From: Cylindrospermopsis raciborskii Cr2010 | GTDB lineage: Bacteria; Cyanobacteriota; Cyanobacteriia; Cyanobacteriales; Nostocaceae | Assembly: GCF_003367075.2 (NCBI RefSeq) | Contig: NZ_CP065936.1 | Span: 1,770,001 to 1,802,000, forward strand | Direction: 5' to 3' | Length of the DNA stretch: 32,000 nucleotides | Shown here: positions 9,385 through 17,505 of the stretch, piece by piece | Numbering within the stretch: position 1 is the stretch's first letter | Layout of the letters: every line of letters begins with the position of its first letter | Notes under the pieces: model-generated | Seen by the model: the letters and a program-made list of their open reading frames with translations, nothing else | Told to the model about the DNA's origin: nothing | The model's database searches: none | Position numbers and translations under genes: made by a program

Positions 9385-9403
9385 AAAAGAACTTAGAGAA
9401 AGC

Positions 9404-9841
9404 TTAGAGACCAATGGCTGCTAAAACATCACTAGCATGAGTGGAAGTATTAACTGTGGTGTCAACATGAGCAATCTTGCCATTTGGATCTATGATGTAA
9501 GTAACGCGTTTAGCATAACCGCCACCATCTACATCGTAAGCTTTTATTAAAGATTTATCAGTATCAGCTAACAGGGGAAAATTGAGCTTATATTTTGTGG
9601 TGAATGCTTGATGGGAAGTCACATCATCAGCACTTACTCCTAGAACTACTATATCTTTCCCTTGGTAGTCACTTTGAGCATCCCGAAAACTGCAAGCTTG
9701 TTTGGTGCATCCAGGAGTGTCATCTTTGGGATAAAAATATAGAACTACGGTTTTACCGGCAAAATCAGATAGTGACACTGTGTTGCCGTTTGTATCTTTG
9801 GTGGTAAATGCAGGTGCTTTTGTACCAACTGATAATGCCAT
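9404..9841 (-). CDS. prxQ: Peroxiredoxin, BCP/PrxQ type
   Basis: MALSVGTKAPAFTTKD...VVLYFYPKDDTPGCTKQACSFRD carries the peroxidatic Cys in the PGCT context. I prefer the ATG at 9841, because the track start at 9889 adds 16 residues. Confidence 0.9.
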   Translation of the reverse strand: MALSVGTKAPAFTTKDTNGNTVSLSDFAGKTVVLYFYPKDDTPGCTKQACSFRDAQSDYQGKDIVVLGVSADDVTSHQAFTTKYKLNFPLLADTDKSLIKAYDVDGGGYAKRVTYIIDPNGKIAHVDTTVNTSTHASDVLAAIGL

Positions 9842-9913
9842 ACTTGACCTTTCCTGTGTGAGAATAGTTTGAATTTTACTGTACCTCAAGAGGTATAGCG
9901 AGATTGAACCCCA

Positions 9914-10370
9914 TTATATATCTTTATAAACACTATTATCAATCCTTAGGAAGGATTCTGGGACGTGAAACTTGTAAATCAGAGGCCCTTTGAAAGTCAA
10001 AACCAGCTCCATTTTCATCTCCCAATTCACAAGAAAATCGCCGCTCATAGTATGCTGAGGCAAATTCAGGGGAAATCTCAAATGTTGCAACTGGATGGTT
10101 TTCCCCACTATTAAATTTTACTGTGGCTAAATCTACCCCTTCTCCTAATTTTATACTGCTATTGTCTAAGGGATATTCCCGTCCACTAGCGGCAATTACT
10201 GTATAATTCTCTTTTGTACACGTGTTTTTGTTATTCTTGCTACTACTAATCTTTTGCGGTATTTTGCAAACTACATGAGCGCTGGTTAGAACAGTGTAAG
10301 TATTTCCCTCCCGGGCAATTATTACTCCAGACCCATTATTGCTACGATAGATAATCCACATAAATAACAT
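9914..10370 (-). pseudogene. Degraded remnant of a trypsin-like (S1 family) serine peptidase domain
   Basis: ORF 9939-10370 encodes the N-lobe: GSGVIIAREGNTYTVLTSAHVV (catalytic His context) and GVDLATVKF (Asp context), with no Ser motif. The overlapping frame 9914-10108 reads ..HTMSGDFLVNWEMKMELVLTFKG, which resembles a decayed GMSGGPVLN..GELVGIHG Ser motif. There is no signal peptide or N-terminal region, and its start lies only 19 nt from the divergent ABC gene. Confidence 0.45.
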
Positions 10371-10389
10371 TTAGCAGTGAGGAAGGAAA

Positions 10390-12252
10390 ATGTACCATAG
10401 GAATTGTCTGGAAGTTCAGAATTTGCGAGTAGAATTTTCCGGGGATGGTGCTCAGGTACAAGCTATCGATGGCATTAGTTTTGATGTACTCCAAGGTCAA
10501 ACCCTGGGAATAGTTGGTGAGTCCGGTAGTGGTAAATCAGTCACAGCTCTGGCAATTATGGGTTTATTACCATACCCCGGTCAGGTAACTGGAGGACAAA
10601 TTTTATTCCGCAATCAAAAAAATGCCCAACCCCTAGATTTATTAGCTCTACCCTCACGGGAAATCCAGCTTTACCGTGGTGGGGATATGGCAATGATTTT
10701 TCAAGAACCAATGACTTCCCTCAATCCGGTTTATAACATTGGTTTTCAGTTAACAGAAGCAATTGAGCGCCATCAAAATGTCACCCTAGCTGAAGCTAAA
10801 AGAATTGCGATCGCCCGATTACAGGAAGTAAAGCTATTACCCAAGGATGAAAACATTAAACAGCAGTATTTAGAAAACTGGCATCAAACCCATCCCAAAA
10901 AGCCACTACCCAGTGATTATCAATTAGCACAACTAGTGAAAGAATATAAAATGGCCATGCTAGAACGCTACCCCCATGAGTTGTCAGGGGGTCAGTTGCA
11001 AAGGGTCATGATTGCCATGGCAATTTGTTGTAATCCATCTTTGTTAATTGCTGATGAACCAACAACTGCTTTGGATGTAACAGTCCAAGCGACAATTATG
11101 GAACTGATGAGAGAACTCCAAAAAAGTCGTAATATGGCTATGATTTTCATCAGTCATGATTTAGGACTAGTTGCTGAAATTGCCGATCAAGTAGCAGTGA
11201 TGTATAAAGGTAAAATTGTCGAATGTGGTTTGGCATCACAAATTTTCACCCATCCCCAGCACCCATACACTAAAGGTTTAGTAGCTTGTCGTCCCACTCT
11301 TAACCAGCGACCACAAAAATTGCTGACGGTTTCTGACTACATGATAGTACAAAGATATCCCAATGGAGAGCTGATTATTAAGTCAAAAGAACCGAATATC
11401 CCTCGACAAATTACCCCAGCAGAAATTGAAACACGAATAGATGATTTAACCAGAAAATCCCCACTTTTGCAAATTCACAACCTCAAGGTGGGCTTTCCTG
11501 TTCGCGGTTTGTTGGGCGGTAACAAACGATATAATATAGCTGTCAATGGTGTTTCCTTTGATGTCTATCCAGGAGAAACTTTAGGTTTAGTGGGAGAATC
11601 GGGTTGCGGTAAAACTACTTTGGGTAGAACCTTGATCAGATTAATTCAACCCATGGCGGGAAAAATTATATTTGAAGGACAAAACATCACTAATTTTGCA
11701 GGAACTCAATTACAGACTCTGAGAAAACAGATGCAAATAATTTTTCAAAACCCTTTTAGTTCCCTCGACCCAAGAATAAAAATTGGTGAAGCAATTATGG
11801 AACCATTGTTAATTCATTCCCTAGGGAAAACCAAACAACAGCGTCAGGACATAGTTGTCCAACTTTTAGAGCGAGTGGGATTAAGTGCAAATGATATGAA
11901 TCGCTATCCCCATCAATTCTCTGGTGGTCAACGTCAGCGTATTTGTATAGCCCGTTCTTTGGCACTAAATCCTAAATTTATTATTTGCGATGAGTCGGTT
12001 TCCGCTCTCGATGTCTCCGTTCAAGCTCAGGTCTTAAATCTCTTGAAGGAATTACAACAGGAATTTCAATTAACTTATATTTTCATTTCCCATGATTTAA
12101 GTGTGGTTAAATTTATGAGCGATCGCATTTTGGTCATGAATGAAGGTAAAATTGTGGAGGTTGGTACGTCTGAGAGTATTTATCGTCAACCTAGGGAAGA
12201 ATACACAAAAAAACTAATAGCCGCCATTCCCCAAGGAAATATTAACTACTAG
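10390..12252 (+). CDS. ABC transporter ATP-binding protein with two fused NBDs (Dpp/Opp D-F-like)
   Basis: Two full motif sets: GESGSGKS / LSGGQLQR / LLIADEPTTALD / ISHD, and GESGCGKTT / FSGGQRQR / FIICDESVSALD / ISHD. 620 aa. Confidence 0.9.
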   Translation: MYHRNCLEVQNLRVEFSGDGAQVQAIDGISFDVLQGQTLGIVGESGSGKSVTALAIMGLLPYPGQVTGGQILFRNQKNAQPLDLLALPSREIQLYRGGDMAMIFQEPMTSLNPVYNIGFQLTEAIERHQNVTLAEAKRIAIARLQEVKLLPKDENIKQQYLENWHQTHPKKPLPSDYQLAQLVKEYKMAMLERYPHELSGGQLQRVMIAMAICCNPSLLIADEPTTALDVTVQATIMELMRELQKSRNMAMIFISHDLGLVAEIADQVAVMYKGKIVECGLASQIFTHPQHPYTKGLVACRPTLNQRPQKLLTVSDYMIVQRYPNGELIIKSKEPNIPRQITPAEIETRIDDLTRKSPLLQIHNLKVGFPVRGLLGGNKRYNIAVNGVSFDVYPGETLGLVGESGCGKTTLGRTLIRLIQPMAGKIIFEGQNITNFAGTQLQTLRKQMQIIFQNPFSSLDPRIKIGEAIMEPLLIHSLGKTKQQRQDIVVQLLERVGLSANDMNRYPHQFSGGQRQRICIARSLALNPKFIICDESVSALDVSVQAQVLNLLKELQQEFQLTYIFISHDLSVVKFMSDRILVMNEGKIVEVGTSESIYRQPREEYTKKLIAAIPQGNINY

Positions 12253-12260
12253 CAATTGAA

Positions 12261-13061
12261 TTAAACTACTAACTTCCAACTAACCATCACCAAAATGCTG
12301 TAGATAATTAACTTAAGTGGACGTTGTGGAGTAATTTGGCAAAGTTTTGAACCCAGTACCACCCCTGGGACTGAACCTATCCATATTGGTAATACTAAAC
12401 TCCAATCCACCGTTCCCAAGGTCAAGTGACCCAAGGATGTAAATATTAATAGGATTGCTGCTTGGGTAATATCTGTGCCTACCAAATTTTGTGCATCTAA
12501 GCTAAACAAAGTAACTAATACCAATGCGAACATAGAACCAGATGAAACACTAGTCATACCGACACAGAATCCTAAAAAGACCCCGATTAACAAGGTTAAA
12601 AAACGACCTTGATCGGTTTTAACATTTAATTTAGGGGGTTCGGGCAAATTGAGCTGGGGGAACAGTGTGATTATTACCATTTGTGCTAATGCTGTTAGTG
12701 TCACTATCAAAATCATTATTCCTAATAACTTCAATAAGAGACTATCCATCTCATACCCATTAGTTCTAAGTTGATGTAAAACACCTACACCTACCAGCGA
12801 TCCAGAAACACTACCCATGGCTAACCATTTAACCACTTCCATGTCTAGGGTTTTTTGTTGCCAATGTTTAACCCCACCCACTACCTTCATTAGCGTAGCA
12901 GCTACAACATCTGAACTGATAGTAATAGAAGGTGGAACTTGAAAAACGAAAATCAACATGGGAGTAACCAGGGATGCGCCTCCTACTCCTGTCAAACCCA
13001 CAATGGTGCCAATAAAAAAGCTGAAAACTGGTAGCAGTAAGTAGTCCATCCTTCCCCTCAT
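12261..13061 (-). CDS. TauE/SafE (TSUP) family anion permease, paralogue 1
   Basis: Polytopic 4+4 TM protein with the duplicated TSUP glycine motifs (GLTGVGGASLVTPML and, in the second half, GMTSVSSGSMFALVL). The start could instead be the ATG at 13049. Confidence 0.8.
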   Translation of the reverse strand: MRGRMDYLLLPVFSFFIGTIVGLTGVGGASLVTPMLIFVFQVPPSITISSDVVAATLMKVVGGVKHWQQKTLDMEVVKWLAMGSVSGSLVGVGVLHQLRTNGYEMDSLLLKLLGIMILIVTLTALAQMVIITLFPQLNLPEPPKLNVKTDQGRFLTLLIGVFLGFCVGMTSVSSGSMFALVLVTLFSLDAQNLVGTDITQAAILLIFTSLGHLTLGTVDWSLVLPIWIGSVPGVVLGSKLCQITPQRPLKLIIYSILVMVSWKLVV

Positions 13062-13692
13062 CTACATCAAAATAATAGTATATGGTGCATTAGTATCCTA
13101 ACATACATCTTTCAAGTCCCAGTAAATTACTAAAACTCGACTGGATTACCGTATTTAATCACGGTTAAACCTCGGATGTCAAGAGGTGAGAAGGATTATT
13201 TTCTTGTTTTTCCAAGTCTGGGTTGTGTGGATATTTCAGTGGTGATTTTCCCCAGAAGTGAAAATATAAACTACTCTTTTGGGTGATTATTTATTAAAGT
13301 AATCAAGCAAAAACTATCAAATTGGTGATGATTAAATAATTATTGAAAATTCACCAAGGTATACATTTCTTAATATGGATTTATTTGGGTAAAAGTGATT
13401 ACTGGAGAGGAGTTCTGGGATAACCTGAGTTGGGGATGGTTATAATAGCTAATTTCCCCCCAATCCCACGTTATTGAGTGTCTTAACAATGATCAATAAA
13501 TTGTTAAAATATTGGAAAAGACTTGCATAATCAAAAAAAATAATGTAGGATAAACCGTAACACAGTGTAACCCATATATCCTAATAACAAGTTTTATTGT
13601 GATCAGGAAAAACAGTCTTGGTCTGTTGAACTTATCCAATTACTTTCCAACATAAACATATTAACCACTAATCAGCAACTATTAATCAACAA

Positions 13693-14541
13693 ATGGGGGA
13701 AAACTTGAGTATATTGGCATTTTCTGCATTAGTTTGGATGGGATCCTTTAGTGCTGGTTTAGTAGGTTCCTTAACCGGTTTAGGAGGGGGTGTTGTCATA
13801 GTTCCGCTATTAACTTCCGTTTTTGGGGTTGATATTCGTTACGCTATTGGTGCTTCCTTGGTTTCAGTTATTGCTACATCCTTAGGTTCAGCATCGACAT
13901 ATATTAGAAAGGGATTTACTAATATTCGACTAGGAATGTTTTTAGAGGTTGCTAGTACTATTGGTGCGGTTGTTGGTGCATCCATAGCTACCATTGTTTC
14001 AGTTAAATTCCTCACTATCGTTTTAGCATTTGTGCTAATTTATTCAGCATATTTATCCCAAAGACCAAAAACGGAATGTGTTGAGGTTGTCAAATCAGAT
14101 CCCCTAGCTGAATACCTCCAATTAAATGGTACTTACCCCATAAATGATGGTGTAATGTCTTATCAAGTAAACTCCCTACCTGCTGGTTTTAGCATTATGT
14201 TACTAGCAGGAATTCTTTCTGGTTTACTAGGTATTGGGTCTGGAGCATTTAAAGTTTTAGCCATGGATCAAGCAATGGGTTTACCCTTTAAAGTTTCCAC
14301 TACCACTAGCAATTTTATGATTGGTGTAACAGCAGCAGCTTCTGCTGGCATATATCTAAGTAGGGGATATATTGAGCCAGGCTTGTCTATGCCCGTACTG
14401 TTGGGAGTTTTACCGGGTGCTTTTTTAGGGGCCAGAATTTTAATTGGTGCCAAAACTCAAACCCTCAGAATTATCTTCAGTATCATCTTAGTAGTGATGG
14501 CACTAAAAATGGTCTATAACGGTTTAACAGGGGGAGTATAA
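13693..14541 (+). CDS. TauE/SafE (TSUP) family anion permease, paralogue 2
   Basis: GSLTGLGGGVVIVPLL and GLLGIGSGAFKVLAM motifs. About 8 TM segments. Confidence 0.85.
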   Translation: MGENLSILAFSALVWMGSFSAGLVGSLTGLGGGVVIVPLLTSVFGVDIRYAIGASLVSVIATSLGSASTYIRKGFTNIRLGMFLEVASTIGAVVGASIATIVSVKFLTIVLAFVLIYSAYLSQRPKTECVEVVKSDPLAEYLQLNGTYPINDGVMSYQVNSLPAGFSIMLLAGILSGLLGIGSGAFKVLAMDQAMGLPFKVSTTTSNFMIGVTAAASAGIYLSRGYIEPGLSMPVLLGVLPGAFLGARILIGAKTQTLRIIFSIILVVMALKMVYNGLTGGV

Positions 14542-14545
14542 TAAC

Positions 14546-15112
14546 ATGTATAAATTAAATTCTGGTTTTAGATGGACTTCATCAGCGGAAATAGAAATCG
14601 AATTAATGGGACTGGTTCTGATTCCAGAAGAAACCGATTCTGATATTGAACAATTAGAGCAACAGCAGCTGGATCAAAGTAACAGTATAAATAATACTAA
14701 CTTTTCTGGTGAAATTACTAGTTTTTACCATCCAAATAAGTCGCAATCTGAACAACAACTAGAAAACATCCTGAGTAATTTACTCGGACATGGTGTGTTA
14801 ATTGCTAGCACTGTTGTGTTTGCGGGAGGGATGTTATATTTAATCCGTCATGGTTTTGAACCTGCTGAGTATAACACATTTAGAGGTACACCATCCCAGT
14901 TTTGTTCACCAGTGGGTGTGATAAATGCGATTTTTTCTGGTAGTGGAAGGGGGATAATTCAACTAGGACTTCTAATCTTGATCTCTGTCCCTATTTTGCG
15001 AGTGGTTATTTCCTTTTTGGTTTTTATGTTCCAGAGAAAATTTACTTACGTGGTGATGACCTTCCTGGTACTTGCTACTATTAGTTATAGTTTGGTAAGT
15101 GCTTCTTTGTAA
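14546..15112 (+). CDS. DUF1634-type small membrane protein (usual TSUP partner) with a long acidic/Gln-rich N-terminal extension
   Basis: The C-terminal 120 aa (LENILSNLLGHGVLIAS...LGLLILISVPILRVVISFLVFMFQRKFTYVVMTFLVLATISYSLV) fits the DUF1634 pattern as I remember it. It starts 4 nt after the TSUP stop. The true start is uncertain. Confidence 0.6.
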   Translation: MYKLNSGFRWTSSAEIEIELMGLVLIPEETDSDIEQLEQQQLDQSNSINNTNFSGEITSFYHPNKSQSEQQLENILSNLLGHGVLIASTVVFAGGMLYLIRHGFEPAEYNTFRGTPSQFCSPVGVINAIFSGSGRGIIQLGLLILISVPILRVVISFLVFMFQRKFTYVVMTFLVLATISYSLVSASL

Positions 15113-16047
15113 TACGGAGAAATACTTGCACTTTTTATTAGACCAGTGGCAGTTTTTTTACCTGTAGCAGCAGTCTGATTTTGAAACAGTACAAAAGCAG
15201 CAACAGCTATTAAAAAATAACCAAAATACTTCTGTAATTTTCTTCCATCAATGAACCCAGACAGATAACCACCAAAAAAGCTACCTAAACTAGCAGCAAG
15301 AATAAAACTACCTATTAAATTCCAATCCAAATTCACACGTCCCAAATAACCCAAAAAACCTGCCATTGCATTAGCTACTAAAATTAACAAAGAAGTACCA
15401 ATGGCTTCTTTCATGGGTGTTTTACCTAAAATTACTAAAGCAGGGACAATGGCAAAACCGCCTCCAACCCCTATCAACCCAGTTAATGTTCCCACTCCCA
15501 ACCCCTCGGTTAACAACCATAACCAGCAATACTTGCAAACTGGGGGTTGGTAAATATGCTCGTAAACATCATCTTGACAAATATCTTCATCCTGTGGTGG
15601 ATAACCCCGATCTAAATCGAAAGATCTATCCTTTCTTGCTTGTAAATCCTTTTGGTATTTTACGGATGATTTATCTGGATTTTGCCTACTTCTTCTGATC
15701 ATAAGGAATGCTGCTATCAACATCACAATTGCAAAAAGCAGCATTTGTAAATTGTCAGTAATAAATGGTAAACCTGCAATTTTAGCACCTAAAAAAGCAC
15801 CTAACATGGTAGCGGAGCCAAAAATAAACGCCTTACGAAAATTGATATTTCGATTTTTCCAGTGAGGAATTAATCCAATCAAGCTGACCGTACCAACAAT
15901 GATTAAGGTCATGGCAATTGCTGACTTGGTTGGCACCCCCATCACATACACTAAAACCGGTAGGGCTAAAACTGAACCACCACCACCTATTAACCCTAAG
16001 CTAATACCTATTCCAGTCGCCAAAATATGTCCTAAGATCCACATCAT
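15085..16047 (-). CDS. TauE/SafE (TSUP) family anion permease, paralogue 3, with an inserted Cys-containing central loop
   Basis: GLIGGGGSVLALPVLV and GLIGVGGGFAIVPALV motifs. A hydrophilic insert of about 58 aa (residues ~117-174) ends in CKYC. Confidence 0.85.
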   Translation of the reverse strand: MMWILGHILATGIGISLGLIGGGGSVLALPVLVYVMGVPTKSAIAMTLIIVGTVSLIGLIPHWKNRNINFRKAFIFGSATMLGAFLGAKIAGLPFITDNLQMLLFAIVMLIAAFLMIRRSRQNPDKSSVKYQKDLQARKDRSFDLDRGYPPQDEDICQDDVYEHIYQPPVCKYCWLWLLTEGLGVGTLTGLIGVGGGFAIVPALVILGKTPMKEAIGTSLLILVANAMAGFLGYLGRVNLDWNLIGSFILAASLGSFFGGYLSGFIDGRKLQKYFGYFLIAVAAFVLFQNQTAATGKKTATGLIKSASISPYYKEALTKL

Positions 16048-16117
16048 AGTTTCTTATACCCCACTTGCAATCCACCAATTTTTAAAAACAGACCCCCTGT
16101 AGGGAGTCTTAGTATTT

Positions 16118-16657
16118 TCAACCTCTTTGGTTATAGGGCAATTTCTTCAATAGCATAGCCATGGCACAAGTATTAGTTAACCCAGCAAATACCAAACCAC
16201 TCCCTACAAAACCACTTAAAATTAAAAACCAAGGAGAAACCAAAACTCCTAAAACTGTCCCAGCAACTACCAAAGTTCCTGCCACTATTTGCACTTGTCT
16301 CATTATACTTATAGGAGCATTTTTATTCCTATTAGTTACATACCCTGACTTTTTCCAAGCACTAATTCCTCCCTCCAATTGACTGAAATCCCTAAATCCA
16401 AATTCTATTAATCTATGAGCAGCTTGTTGGGATCTATTTCCTGAATGGCAATAAATAACTATCTTTTTGCCAGTTAATAAGGATATTTTTTCTGGCTCCA
16501 ATTTTGATAGAGGTAAAAGTTGAGAACCGGGAATATGCTCACCCATAAATTCTTCCTGCTCTCTCACATCTATCAAATGTACTCTTTGGCTTTCTAACAA
16601 TTCTTTCACCTGTGAAGCATCTAATGCTTGTAATTCTTCTTTACCTGAAATCTCCAT
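16118..16657 (-). CDS. Rhodanese-domain sulfurtransferase fused to a DUF2892/YgaP-type 2-TM anchor
   Basis: Rhodanese active-site loop IVIYCHSGNRSQQAA. C-terminal IMRQVQIVAGTLVVAGTVLG...GLVFAGLTNTCAMAMLLKKLPYN matches the YgaP-like TM domain. Confidence 0.85.
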   Translation of the reverse strand: MEISGKEELQALDASQVKELLESQRVHLIDVREQEEFMGEHIPGSQLLPLSKLEPEKISLLTGKKIVIYCHSGNRSQQAAHRLIEFGFRDFSQLEGGISAWKKSGYVTNRNKNAPISIMRQVQIVAGTLVVAGTVLGVLVSPWFLILSGFVGSGLVFAGLTNTCAMAMLLKKLPYNQRG

Positions 16658-16704
16658 TTGCCTACTCCTGTTGCCATATTTACCAATTTATCCGGTCCAC
16701 ACCC

Positions 16705-17400
16705 TTAAACCGCCTTACCGCAAAGTTGATTCGCAGGAACTGCTGCCATCATTTTCTGAGGATTTGGCAAGTTCAATTCATTCATTAGTTTGACAAATGT
16801 CTCCCGATTATATCCCTTAAACCGAGGGTTATATTTTCTTTCTTCACCGATAGTAGAAACTGTAAAACCTCTATAATCATGTCCTGGATAAACTTCTATT
16901 TCGTCCGGAAGTGTAAACAATTTTTCGGTGACAATGTCAAATAGAGTTTCCGCACTTCCACTTTGAAAATCAGTTCTCCCGCAACCTCTAATTAATAATG
17001 AATCCCCAGTAAACAACTTCTCTTGATTGACTAAAAAAGCTAAATGACTGTCCGTATGTCCCGGTGTCCCAATCGCTAAAACATTAATCTCCCCCAGGGT
17101 TAATATTTCCCCATCTTCCATCTGTTTGTCCGCACAACTGACGAAAGAATTAGCAGGTACAATCCCCAAACACCCTGTTCGCTCCCGCAGTTTGCCTGTA
17201 CCTGTGATATGATCAGCATGAATATGAGTTTCTAAGCAATACTGTAATGTTAAACCTAGTTCCTCAATTACCTGTAAGTCCCTTTCTACTTGCTCCACCA
17301 CAGGATCCACTAGCACGGCCGCTTTTGTCTGCTCGTCAGCAATTAAGTATGTATATGTGCTAGATTCTCTGTCAAAAAGTTGTCTAAATAACATATTCAC
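16705..17400 (-). CDS. ETHE1-type persulfide (sulfur) dioxygenase, MBL fold
   Basis: FRQLFDRESSTYTYLIAD...VLVDPV, THIHADHITG, TPGHTDSH, FTGDSLLIRGCGRTDFQSGSAETLF and YPGHDYRGFTVSTIGEERKYNPRF are collinear with human ETHE1 and bacterial PDOs. Confidence 0.9.
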   Translation of the reverse strand: MNMLFRQLFDRESSTYTYLIADEQTKAAVLVDPVVEQVERDLQVIEELGLTLQYCLETHIHADHITGTGKLRERTGCLGIVPANSFVSCADKQMEDGEILTLGEINVLAIGTPGHTDSHLAFLVNQEKLFTGDSLLIRGCGRTDFQSGSAETLFDIVTEKLFTLPDEIEVYPGHDYRGFTVSTIGEERKYNPRFKGYNRETFVKLMNELNLPNPQKMMAAVPANQLCGKAV

Positions 17401-17505
17401 CCTCGACTTTTACCCTCTGCCTACTTGATAATATAACCATATTACTATACAGTAGAATAGTCAAGTACAAATTTCAGAAATTCTCTAAAATTTTCCGAAT
17501 TTTTT

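Noticed and set aside
13176-13286. 36-codon ORF (MSRGEKDYFLVFPSLGCVDISVVIFPRSENINYSFG) inside the long TSUP intergenic region.
   Set aside because: It has no Shine-Dalgarno sequence and no family resemblance, and the length is within chance expectation. It is mentioned only because the spacer is otherwise unexplained.
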